From assembly GCA_951406725.2 (NCBI GenBank), contig OX597824.1, positions 34,968,001 through 35,032,000 on the forward strand: a DNA stretch of 64,000 nt, given 5' to 3'. Of the stretch, positions 26,390 through 38,054 are shown in pieces (position 1 is the first letter of the stretch; each line of letters starts with the position of its first letter). A program made the position numbers and the translations under genes. Below the pieces are notes generated by a model. The model saw nothing but the letters and a program-made list of their open reading frames with translations. It had not been told where the DNA came from and did not search any database. Origin of the DNA: Octopus vulgaris. Its lineage: Eukaryota.

Positions 26390-26465
26390 GTCTCTGATGA
26401 CGGAATACCCAGTGTACAGATATGCTAGCCTATCACTTGGGATACACCAGAAACAGCTGTAAGAC
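26390..26465 (+). ncRNA. Type I hammerhead ribozyme motif (PLE/retrozyme-type, palindromic stem III)
   Basis: GTCT-CTGATGA-[stem II ..ATACCCAGTG..CACTTGGGATAC..]-GAAA-CAGCTG-TA-AGAC; core nucleotides intact, C-A mismatch at the base of stem II. Confidence 0.7.
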
Positions 26466-27329
26466 TTCAAATTCACCTTATCCTAGTTGAATTATTATAA
26501 ATGACTTGAGATACTTGTCCTGCTTTCGTTTTTGTTGTCCTTTTCCTTGAAGACACACACATGCATGCATATATGGTGGGCTTCTTTCAGTTTCCATCCC
26601 GAAACCCAGGACCATGTGGTTAGGAAGCAAACCTCTCATTACACAGCCATATCTGTACCTATGAAGCTACACCTGCCTATAGCCATGGCTGTGACGTTTA
26701 ACTTACTTTGTAAAATATATTTCATGAACTCTTTAAAATATCAAACAGTGGAAATTAGGTGAAAAATATTTCTCTATTTTATATCTTTTGATCTTACAAA
26801 TGTCTTAAAAGATTTGGGATCTTGGGTGGGCGGGGGAAATTATTTTGTCAATAAAGCAAACACATACACAGGCAGGCAGGTGTTATATTTTGCTTTTCAA
26901 TATTATCAGTCAACAAGTTAACTCATTAAAATAATTAACTAATTGATCTGTTGTTTGATTAATCAGTTGGCTCATCGCAATTGTTTTGTTGCCATCTGCA
27001 TATTTCATTAACAACAAGCTTTCATCTGTTCCATATCTATACTAAATTCCTTATGTTTTGCCTCAATATCTAGCCTTTGGTATGTGTGTGTGTGTGTCCT
27101 TTTGAAATTGTTTTCTTTTCTGCTCGTGTATATGTGCTGCATAGTCAGTGTGTAGTTTGTGTATATATACTTCACATGTATGTTTATGGACTTGTATGTT
27201 TGTCAGTGTTAGGTAGGTCATGAGTCACTGGTTTCATGTATTCATTTTCTTTTTCCTCAAGATCTATTTTTTATAAAAGTCTATTCATACATAAGTGCTT
27301 ATATACTCACACTTTCTTATATATAAATA

Positions 27330-28832
27330 CATGGGCCAAAATAAGTCAATTCTATTCATTCATTAATATATTTTTAACAAAACTATAAAACTATTTTACT
27401 TTTTATAGTTTATGTAGAATGTTTCTCTTTAAAATGATACAGGTGTTATATACCTTTATACAATTTGAATAATTTTAATGCACAATTAATTCAAATGATT
27501 AGAAATTGTTGGCAAAATAAGTTTAAGACCATACCAAGATTATGCAAATTAATAATCCAAATAGGTGGTCATATGGTTAGTCATATTGCATTGTTTTGAT
27601 AATAGTCGAGCATTGTTACATATTGATTCGCTATGGGAAAGCATTGTTGTATCAGTCCAGTTACTAGATCAAAGATCATTTTGCTTCATCTGCAAAATGT
27701 GTCCTCCATAAACATTAGCAAGCAATTAGGATGCAGCAATATGGCTTGTGTTCAAGCATGGAAGCTTTACCAAGCCACTAACCAATACAAAGGTTGGCAA
27801 AGAACAAGTGCTCCAAGGAAAACAACAGTACAGATGGATCAGCGAATTCATAGGCTCTTTGAAGGTAACCGAATGCTAACAGCAGTGGGCATTTGCAGGC
27901 AGTTATCTGATGAAACTGACATCAGCTTTACACCACAAACTGCCAAAAACCACCTAAAAGAATTTGTACTGTTTGGCCAGATTGCTCAAAAGTTCTTTAG
28001 TGCAACAAATTCCGCTTCTGCTTCTTTGGATCAAATTGAAAGACTTATGTTAGATGCCGTCCAAAGTGTGCCAAGAAAACAGTGCAAGCAGGAAGTTGGG
28101 GAGTCATAGTGTGGGCAGAGTTCAGCAGCTTAGGTGTTGGTCTAATTGTTAAGGTTGATAGCCTACACTGTTCAGTTTGCCATCTGTAATTAGTAAATGA
28201 AAATGTGCTGCCATATTTAAATAATCAAAAGCCACCGGGATATATTTTCAAGCAGGATAATTGCCCCGTTCATAAGGCTAGGAAAGTTTTGCAATTTTGA
28301 GCGCAATAATATGGTGGTTATTAAGTGGCCTCCACTGAGCCCGGATTTGAATCTGATAGAAAATTTATGGAATTGTTTCTAAAAGAGTTCATGTTAAAGA
28401 ACCAACAAATTTGTTCCAATTATATAATTTTATTGAAGAAATGTGGCAGATCATTCCAAGTGATTTTTGCACTCATTTGGTGCATTCTATGCCCAACCAA
28501 TGTAAGGCTGTAATTGAAAATAATGGCTATGGAACTAGATACAAATAATAAATTTTTGCTTGTTGATTATTTGTGCCATAAATTTTCAATTTAAACAAAA
28601 TAATGTTGGTACTGTCTTAAACTTATTTTGCTGACAATTTTAATAATTTGAATTAATTGTGAATTAAAATTATTCAAATTGTAGAAAGATATATAAGGCC
28701 TATATCATTTGAAAGAGAAAAAAATTCTACATAAATTGTAAAAAGTAAAATAATTTTATACAGTTTTGTTAAAAATATATTAATGAAGGAATAGAACTGT
28801 TATCATTGGTCTTAAACTTATTTTGGCCAGTG
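27330..28832 (+). mobile_element. Tc1-family transposon with long IR/DR-type TIRs (about 200 bp), internally deleted transposase
   Basis: TA on both flanks; 27330-27530 is inverted to 28614-28832 and carries the repeated CAAAATAAGTTTAAGAC motif. ORF from 27633 (HTH region), then FKQDNCPVH and WPPLSPDLNLIENLW. Confidence 0.9.
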
Positions 28833-28853
28833 TATGTGTGTATGTAGGTAAAT

Positions 28854-29238
28854 ATTAGAAAATGGAATGAACAACAATCTCCATTTCATTCACTACAATT
28901 GTTTCAACACATTTTTACACTTGTAGTACATTGATGAAATGTGTAATCATTATCATCCATCCAAGGTGTAAAATATGCCTCCTCAGGTGATAGTTTAAAT
29001 AAGTCCTTCATTAGATCCTCTTAGTATTTCACTTAGTATGAGAATGCATAACCAAAGTGGTATAACAAGAGGATCTAACAAAGGAATTAAACAATCACTT
29101 GAGATACTGCATTTTACACCTCTGATGGATAATAATGATTTTGCAACATTTCACCAATGTACTACAAAAGAGTAGTGGGGTTAGTATTTGAGAGGTGAAG
29201 GGCAATTGTTCTAGCCTGTTCATTCTCTCTTTCTAATG
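28854..29238. repeat. About 385-bp imperfect palindrome (fold-back element)
   Basis: TTGTAGTACATTG..GGTGTAAAAT pairs with ATTTTACACC..CAATGTACTACAA; TTAGATCCTCTT with AAGAGGATCTAA; ATTAGAAA..GAATGAACA with TGTTCATTC..TTTCTAAT. Centre near 29043. Confidence 0.85.
28890..28990 (-). ncRNA. Type I hammerhead ribozyme motif, sense to the host pre-mRNA
   Basis: Reverse strand: TCAC-CTGAGGA-GGCATATTTTACAC..GTGTAAAAATGTGTT-GAAA-CAATTG-TA-GTGA. Confidence 0.75.
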
Positions 29239-29390
29239 ATGAATCACTAAGCCATTCCTTGCTTGGCAGCTACAACACTACTTTTGTTTTAGTGGTAAAC
29301 TAACCTGAGCACTTATTTTATATACCTATTACATTACATCATTAGATGCACTATTATCAGTACTATAATATATATATATATATATATATA

Positions 29391-29700
29391 TCATCATCAT
29401 CTTTGTAATTATTTAGCATCTGCTTGCCATGCTGGCATGGGTTAGATAGTTTGACTGGAACTGGTAAGCCAGAGATCTACATCAGGTTCCATTCTGATTT
29501 CACAAGGTTTCTACAGCTAGATGCCCTTCCTAACACATTATACTCCAAGAGTGTAATGGGTGATTTTCACAAGCCACCAGCTCAGGTGCTTCTATGTGTC
29601 ACCAGCATGCATGCCAGTTATGTGACAGGCATCAACCATGACTATGATTTCACTTGACTTGATGAGTCTTCTCACGCACAGCATATCACCAAAGGTCACT
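29391..29700 (-). mobile_element. RTE LINE 3' UTR fragment with (CAT)n end
   Basis: Shares CATGCTGGCATGGGTT and CTACAGCT.GATGCCCTTCCTAA with 34297-34500. Confidence 0.75.
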
Positions 29701-30434
29701 TGTCAGGCAACTGCAAGAGAAGTACTTAGCTAAGACTAAACCGTTCTACTTAGCTTTTGTTAATTTAGAGAAAACCCTTTGATAGAGTACGCCCCTGTGT
29801 GATATGGTGGGCTCTGAAGAGGCTAGGGATGGACAAGTGGCTTGACAAAGCTGTACAGGCCTTGTACAGAGATGCAGTTAGTAAGGTGAGAGTTAACAAG
29901 TACAGTAAAGAATTTGGTGCACTGGTTAGTGTTCATCAAGGCTCAGTCCTCATTTTGAGGATTGTCCTCCAGGCCACAACAGAGGAATTCAAGACTGGCA
30001 GTCCCTGGGATCTTGCCTCACAGCAGATTCTGTATTAAAGCTAGAAAAGAAATTCCGGGTGTGGAAGCACCACCTGGAATCTAAGGGCTTTACGGTTAAC
30101 CTGGCAAAGACTAAGGTTTTAGTAAGCAAGAAAGCAAACCGGACCCTGCATACTTCAGGTAAGTGGCCCTACTCAATTTGTAGGGAAGGTGTAGGCAGGA
30201 ATTCCATGTGGTACATTCAATGCAGGCTATGGAAACACATGAGGTGCAGTAAAATAATAGGAGGGTTATCAGAAAAAAATAATGTTTGTATGTGGAAGAT
30301 GACCAGAAGCCATAACAACTACAGATACCTGAGAAATTGATTTTCTCAAATGCCCTGGAGGCTGTTTAGAAGTTGTGGTTAATTTCTGCTACCTAGGGGA
30401 GCAAATTAGTCATGGGTAAGGATGTACAGAAAAT
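29700..30434 (+). mobile_element. RTE LINE RT-region fragment, degraded
   Basis: RQLQEKYLAK, VHQGSVL, KTKVLVS..GKWP..ICR.GVGRNS motifs. Confidence 0.85.
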
Positions 30435-30435
30435 A

Positions 30436-31426
30436 TCTCTATATATATAAACGGCAAAATGTCTGTGTGTGTGTCCTTTATACAAATCCAAAATTTTTCA
30501 GTTAGAGGGCTCGCACTTTCTATGGTCATTCAAAACCGTCCAAGGGTGGTCGTGCACATCTTTACATTTCCCCAGTCACCCCACGAAGCCATTAAAAAAT
30601 CAATAGAAGTGACTTTTTTGTGAATTTTCTATCCAAAATCCAATAGAAACGCCCAAAACTTGATACGCCAATTGAATGCCAGCTAGCTGTATGTGATTGG
30701 TCAGAGATTTGAACAGCACTCGCGTGTATGTCACATGCACGCAGCTGTATATGCATGCATTAGCACTATGACCTGGCAATGCCGAGTCATAGTGCTAGTA
30801 ATAGCTAAAATAATAAGAAGGAGAAAATTCATAGCTTTCACCTCTGTTGGCAACCAAAGGTCTTTCTCTCCCTCTCTCTCTGAGTGAAAGGAAGATTGTA
30901 TGATGCATGTGTACAAACAGCAATTCTACATGGTAGTGTGGTGTGATATATATATATATATATATATCATAAAGAGGGATTGAATATATAACTGGCACAT
31001 TTTGGACATTCCCACAGAAGTATCTCTTATTATAAAAGGCAGATTTTATCTGCCTCCCTTTGTCAGTTATAGAAATCTACAATATAGGATTTCTTCAATT
31101 ACAATTTACTTAGCATTTTTAAGAGTAGAATGCATCGGGTTTTGCCAGGTCCACTTTTTAAAATTTAAACTCCAATTAAGCAAAATTTACAGAAAACTCA
31201 CATTCTGGTGTGTATGTCAAATGCTTTTCTTAATGTGTTTTACACCACACGCACACGCACACACACAGTGTGCAAGGAATAAAATGAAAGTAATTCACCT
31301 TTTGTAGTGAGTGACTCTTTCAGTCTGCCACTTCCTCTTTACACACATAGACACGCAAATATATAAATAAAATTGTAAGCTAACGTGCGTGTGTGTGAGT
31401 GTGTGTGCGTGTGTGTGTGTGTGAGG

Positions 31427-31470
<44 letters not shown>

Positions 31471-32668
31471 ATGCATGTGCGTGACTGTGTGACAGGAAAG
31501 TATTTTAGGACGAATATAAGACCTATATAGGCGATGTTTCGCTTGTCGTAGCACAGGTTTCCGTCGATTTCCGTAAAAAACTTATTTTTTTACATAAGTA
31601 ATGAGAGCGAAAGAGACTAAGAGAAAGCGATTGTATGATGAGGGAAGTTCTTTTGAAGTTACCGTGCATGGGACGCATTGATGTACATGTGTGTGTGTGT
31701 GTGTGTGTGTTTGATGGAGTGTGGGAGACAGACAGTATGTTGTGTAAGTGAAGTGCTTCTGTTAGTGTGTGTGAAGAGACAGAGAGAGTAATGTGTGAAA
31801 GAGAGAGATAACTGAAATTTTCTACTCGGTTTATGTGTATATGTATGTATGCATGTATTGTGTGTGTGTGTGTATGTATGTATGTGTGTGTGTATGTATG
31901 TATGTATGTATGGCCGATTCAGTGTTTACATTTTTTACGGAAATCGACGGAAACGTGTGCTACGACAAGCGAAACATCGCCCCTATATCCAAGTAGCAGA
32001 AAGATCGCCCAAAAGTGTATATAGATATTTAAATGTATTTATATATTCATCTATACACAGATGTATGTATAATGTGTGTGTATATATTTCCATACACGTA
32101 ACCATTCACTCCGCACAAAGTTTTTTAGGACGAAAATAAGATCTAAAGTTATCTCTAAGTAGCACAGAGATCGCCCAAAAGTGTATATAGATATTTAAAT
32201 GTATTTATATATTCATCTATACACAGATGTATGTATAATGTGTGTGTATATATTTCCATAGACGTAACCATTCACTCCATACGAAAATAAGATCTAAAGT
32301 TTTTTAGCACGTATATAAATATAAAGATCTAAAGTTATCTCTAAGAAACAGAAAGATCGCCCAAAAGTGTATATAGATATTTAAATGTATTTATATATTC
32401 ATCTATACACACATGTATGTATAATGTGCGTGTATATATTTCCATAGAGGTAACCATTCAATCCATACAAAGTTTTTTAGGACGAAAATATTTATATATA
32501 AAAGAAAGGTTGTGTGTCTGTCTACTCCGATTTAGATTCCTAACTACTCCCACATTTTGCGATGCAGTTTAACCAAAACCGGGTATCTTATAGTCGTGAT
32601 TCATATCGAGCCCTTCTGGGTATTAGCGCGCGTCTACGATGAGTCTATGATTTTACAAATAATTTACC
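30436..32668 (+). mobile_element. Composite Helitron-like region (several 5'-end-like starts); 3' end lost in the gap
   Basis: TCTCTATATATATAAA... at 30436 and TCTCTTATTATAAAA... at 31023; 32491-32668 is homologous to the 5' part of the complete Helitron at 36571. Confidence 0.5.
32003..32490. repeat. Tandem repeat, about 3 units of 166-186 bp
   Basis: GATCGCCCAAAAGTGTATATAG... recurs at 32003, 32169 and 32355. Confidence 0.9.
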
Positions 32669-32768
32669 NNNNNNNNNNNNNNNNNNNNNNNNNNNNNNNN
32701 NNNNNNNNNNNNNNNNNNNNNNNNNNNNNNNNNNNNNNNNNNNNNNNNNNNNNNNNNNNNNNNNNNNN
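32669..32768. other. Assembly gap (100 N)
   Basis: Run of N. Confidence 1.
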
Positions 32769-33311
32769 TATATATCTATAAACATATATATATGTATATA
32801 TATATATACATATACATGCATATATATATACATGTATTGTTATATATTGTTATATTTCGGAATTGTCATATTGCCAGTTTAGCCAATAAAAACACATGCA
32901 CTATATATTTGGTGTAATTTTGCTTCAGTGTTATTTATTTTTTACATTAATCTTAATCTTATTTCAGCCAGAGTTCTTTCATCACACTCCTGTGACTGCA
33001 TCAGTGGTCCTTTGTTTTCTTCTTTCTTATTTGTGTCTCTCCCCACTAACCGTCAGCCATTTTGTATTTCTGTTGTATGTCTTCATTTGCGCATGCTTAT
33101 ATCTCTATGTGCGTCTATGTTTATTTAGTGTGTGTATGTGGGGGGATGCCTGTAATATTTGTATCTTCTGTTTATATATGTTCATGTAATTTGTATTTTG
33201 TTTTTTCTTATTTTGTTCATGTGTTTACATCCACTTATTATCATTACATATGCTTGTATGTATGTATGTATAACAACAATACTAGTAATAATAATAATAA
33301 ATCGAATAAAA

Positions 33312-33352
<41 letters not shown>

Positions 33353-33410
33353 TTTATTTCTATTAGTTTATTTATCTGTGTATTTATTATGTTTTCAGGA
33401 GCCTCTATCG

Positions 33411-34150
33411 TCATATGTTGTGGTGTGTGTTAGTGCTCCATTCTAGTTTTCTATTCAGGCTAGGTTTATTTTCTATTATGTGTGTAGCTTCTGTAATTTG
33501 TCTAATTGTTGCATCTGTTCTATGTGTGGACAATATTTTAATTTCTATGTTATTGATTGATCCCCCGTGTTCTTGTTCGGCATGTTGGCACAGAATCGAT
33601 GAGCTTTTACCTTCCTTGAGTTGTCTCCAATGTTCGTTCACCCGCTCTCCTATGCTTCTTGCCGTTTCCCCTACGTATGTCGTCTTGTTATTGCATCGTC
33701 CCTCTATACATCTTATACTATAGACTACATTTCTGGCTTTACAGTTTGTTTGTGGGCTAAATCTACATACAGTACAGTACTTATCCGTACAGGATGTTCT
33801 ACTAAAAGGATAGGTTCTACCAATTATAGATTTGATAGGGTTGCCTGGCTTTTCAACAACCTTAATTCTTAGCTTAAGTTTGTCTAGGGTCCTTCTAAAG
33901 CGGTACGCCAGTTCACCTCCAGGGGTGGTGTCAACGAACATGACACTCTGGTACTTATGGCTATCATACCAAGAGTTGGCCTTCCCTATTTTCTTTTTTG
34001 TCCTTTCTATAGTGTTCCATGACTTGTTCCTATAGAGTGGGCAAATCCCATTCCTATCATTACATAATATATTATCAAATTTCTTCATGGCTCCTTTGTA
34101 TACTCTGATCCTTTCTTTATGGCTGTAACCTGAGAACTGCATGCGGTGAA
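33411..34150 (-). mobile_element. Penelope-like element, C-terminal thumb/linker and GIY-YIG endonuclease (243-aa open frame)
   Basis: SGYS, C...C..C...C linker, NVVYSIRC...YVGET.R....R..EH, terminal E...I....P.LN. Confidence 0.9.
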
Positions 34151-34296
34151 TGAAGGATTTGGGTTTTATTATTCACAATTTCTAGCCAGAGTTCAGTGTC
34201 TAGTACTGGTAGTCTATGGTTGGTGTGTTTAGTGGGGTAGTCTATTGTGACCTTAATACTCTGGTGGATGGAGTTAGCTATATATATATATATATA

Positions 34297-35887
34297 TCAT
34301 CATCATCATCATCGTCGTTTAACGTCCGTTCTCCATGCTAGCATGGGTTGGACGGTTCGACCGGGGATCTGGGAAGCCAGAAGGCTGCACCAGGCTCCAG
34401 TCTTATCTGGCAGTGTTTCTACAGCTGGATGCCCTTCCTAACGCCAACCACTCCGTGAGTGTAGTGGGTGCTTTTTACGTGCCACCTGCACAGGTGCCAG
34501 GCGAGGCTGGCAACGGCCACGGTCGGATTGGTGTATTTTATGTGCCACCGGCACGGAAGCCAGACGAGGCGGTGCTGGCATCGGCCACGAGTCGGATGGT
34601 GCTTTTTACGTACCACCAGACCAGGGATCCTGGCTGGTTCAATTCGATTTCGATTTCGCTTGCCCCAACATGTCTTCGCAAACAAGGGGCTTGGCATGGG
34701 TGCCTGTTGTACGGTCAGATTGGTGTATTTTACGTGCCACCGGCACGGAAGCCAGTGGAGGCGGCACTGGCATCGGCCACGAGTTGGATAGTGCTTTTAC
34801 GTACCACCAGACCAGGGAACCTGGCTGGTTCGATTCGATTTCGCTTGCCCCAACATGTCTTCGCAAGCAAGGGGGTTGGCATGGGTGCCTGTCGTACGGT
34901 CAGATTGGTGTATTTTACGTGCCACCGGCACAGAAGCTAGTGGAGGCGGCGCTGGCATCGGCCACGAGTCGGATAGTGCTTTTTACGTACCACCAGACCA
35001 GGGATCCCGGCTGGTTCAATTCGATTTTGACTTCGATTTCGATTTCGCTTGCCCCAACATGTCTTCGCAAGCAAAGTGGGGTTGGCATGGATGCCTGTCG
35101 TCGGATGAGGTTCTATATCGACTTCGCTTACCTCAACAGGTCTTTGTGTCCAAGGGAGGAAAGGCATTCATAAGTGGGCTGGGCTCACTTGTCCTGCCTG
35201 GTCTTCTCACGTACAGAATATTTCCAACGGTCTCGGTCGCTGGTCATTTCCTCAGTGAGGCCTAAAGTTCGAAGGTCGTGCTTCACCACCTCGTCCCAGG
35301 TTTTCCTGGGTCTACCTCTTCCACAGGTTCCCTCAACTGCTAAGGATTGGCACTTTCTCACACACCTATCTTCATCCATTCTCGCCACATGACCATACCA
35401 GCGCAATCGTCTCTCTTGCACACCACAACTGATGCCTCTTAGGTACAACATTTCTCTCAAGGTGCTAACGCTCTGTCGAGTATGTACACTGACATTACAC
35501 ATCCATCGGAGCATACTGGCTTCATTCCTCACGAGCTTACGCATATCCTCGGCAGTCACGGCCCATGTTTCACTGCCATGTAGCATGGCTGTTCGTACAC
35601 ATGCATCATACAGTCTGCCTTTTACTCTGAGCGAGAGGCCTTTAGTCACCAGCAGAGGTAAGAGCTCCCTAAACTTTGCCCAGGCTATTCTTATTCTAGC
35701 AGTTACACTTTCAGCGCACCCACCTCCACTACTGACTTGGTCACCTTGGAAAGTGACTGAAGTTATTTTCTGCAGATTTTCGGAGGTTAATGCTCCTGAG
35801 CATCTGCCACATACAAAAACTATCTTCCCAGTTAGCCTACCTTTGACATTGCTGCACCTCTTATGTGTCCATAGCTTACACTGGGTA
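34297..35887 (-). mobile_element. Young RTE LINE 3' end (C-terminal ORF, 3' UTR, (ATG)n tail)
   Basis: Intact 154-aa C-terminus (LHGSETWA, LRWYGHV, GRGRPRKTW); CpG-rich UTR; (CAT)n at 34297-34312. Confidence 0.92.
34523..35100. repeat. Three tandem units of about 185-200 bp inside the RTE 3' UTR
   Basis: GATTGGTGTATTTTA..GTGCCACCGGCAC...CCCCAACATGTCTTCGCAA..GGCATGG recurs three times. Confidence 0.9.
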
Positions 35888-36350
35888 TATATATATATAT
35901 ATATTATATTAAATTAGAGATAAAACCACTATACATATATATATATACATATATATGTACATATATATACATGTGTATATATATACATACATGTACATAT
36001 ACATACATATACATATACATACATATACATATACATACATATACATGTATATACATATATATTTATATACATATATATTTATACACATATATATGTATAT
36101 ATCGTGACTCTTCCACTTTTTCTCGTCTTTTTACTTTTCTTCTACTTCCACTTTTCTCTTTCTGTCGCCACCATTTTCTCCATTTTCCCTTCCTTGGACC
36201 TTTGCTTATTCTATGTTTCTGACGAAGAGCACCACTCAATACGTTAAATCCTCCTTCTTTCTTTCCTTTCCTGAGCGTCCAATTTCAGTATACTTGATCC
36301 ACATCCTCGTGTTGTGTTTTCTCTTTGTTCATGTTTGGATTAACTATACA

Positions 36351-36409
<59 letters not shown>

Positions 36410-36570
36410 GCATATATGTGCATATGTATATATGCATATATATGTATATATGCATATGTATACATATATATATATGCATATGTATACATATATATATGCA
36501 TATGTATACATATATATATGCATATGTATACATATATATACATATGTATACATATATATGCATATATATA

Positions 36571-37079
36571 TCTATATATATAAAACTCTAGTTGTGTGAG
36601 TGTCTGTCCCCTTCGATTTAGATTCCTAACTCCTCCCACATTTTGCGGTGCAGTTTAACCAAATTCGGGTATCTTATAGTCGTGATTCATATCGAGCCCG
36701 TCTGTCTATTAGCGCGCGTCAACGATGAGTCTACGATTTTAAAAATAATTTAACATCATTTTTTATTCCATTTTAATGCATAATCTTTCGTGTATCAATG
36801 GCGGCGGAGTTGGCGTCCATGGTCACACCTGCACCTGTTTGTTTCTCCCCCTTCCCTCCCTCGTGAAGCTGTGGGGAAGGGAGTGTAAAGAAATCAACGT
36901 CGTAATGCGTTGTCAAGGAGACCAGCGTTCTTTTAGAACAACGACTTCATGGCTTGAAGACACCAAAACAGAAATGGCTAAGAAAGCCCGAATTGGCATC
37001 TATAAGGGAAGTAACTCTCTAAAAATGCTTATATAGTTATTTCCCTTACAAACCCGAGCAACGCCGGGCGATACTGCTA

Positions 37080-37080
<1 letters not shown>
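36571..37080 (+). mobile_element. Complete non-autonomous Helitron (510 bp)
   Basis: 5' TC preceded by A; subterminal hairpin CCCGAGCAACGCCGGG (37053-37068); 3' CTAG followed by T; inserted in a (TA)n tract. Confidence 0.85.
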
Positions 37081-37129
<49 letters not shown>

Positions 37130-37159
37130 TACATGCATGCATATACTCATATCGTAATT

Positions 37160-37370
37160 TAACCAAAATCACTGGCCCCGGTTGAAAATGACGAATAAGA
37201 AGAGGAATAAGAGTTGCGACATCCCTTGATTCTCCCTCATCACAATCGGAAGATGAAGGCACCATGAATGTTGTTTTCAAAACTCTTTCAATTCCGCCGA
37301 ACAACCATACCGTTTTTACTCATCTTCCCCGGTTGTATTTGCAAACAGCAAATTGTACTCAGTACTGTCC
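37160..37370 (-). mobile_element. Merlin (IS1016/ISXO2-like) transposase fragment
   Basis: Reverse strand reads KYNRGR*VKTVWLFGGIER...FMVP...RDVATLIPLLIRHFQPGPVI, matching the ISXO2-type motif as recalled. Confidence 0.75.
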
Positions 37371-38054
37371 TAAAATGCGAATATCTCTGAAACGATTAGT
37401 TTGCCCTATTTTGCCGAATTTATATTATAAACATACTACTCGGTAATTTCAGTGAGTACGTGTTGTCAACTGTCAGCGGCGTGCTTGTTCTATTGACGTA
37501 TCGAAGTGCGTGCTTGTTCTTGTGCGTGTGTGTGCTTGTTTGTTTGTTCCTGTGGGGTTTTTTTTAATTTGTCGTTGAGAAAGATTCTTCATATTTACCA
37601 ATAAAAATTTTGAAAACGTGATCTATATCGAAAACATAGAAATCCCCCCCCCCCAAAAAAAAAGCAAGAAAGAAAGAAAGAAATACCGAAAACGGGTGGT
37701 GTACACATTCTTTACCCCCGCCACTCAAACTACAGGTGGGAGGGCTAATGCAGTTTCGCAGGTCTCCTTGAAAAATGCATTGGGGGGGGGGGTGAATTCC
37801 TAAGTTTTAGATGTCGGAGATTACGAATGTGCACCCCCCCAACTCACCACCACTCCCGTTTAAGGTTTTGAACTTTTTCGACATTTTTTCCCCCTATGTT
37901 TTAGATGACGGAGATTCCGGAAATGAAAGAAACCACGTTTTGAAACTTTCAAATTCAATAAGCATGCATGCATGCATGCATGCATGCATACATACATACA
38001 TACATACATACATACATACATGCATGCATGCATGCATGCATGCATGTATGTATG

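Noticed and set aside
32003-32490. CRISPR-like periodicity
   Set aside because: Whole units repeat with no unique spacers, the context is eukaryotic, and no cas genes are present.
34335-35265. Overlapping 100-200 aa plus-strand ORFs with internal repeats
   Set aside because: They are antisense readings of the GC-rich tandem units in the RTE 3' UTR.
35971-36639. Tyr/Ile/Met-rich ORFs on both strands
   Set aside because: Translations of (TA)n/(TACA)n microsatellites.
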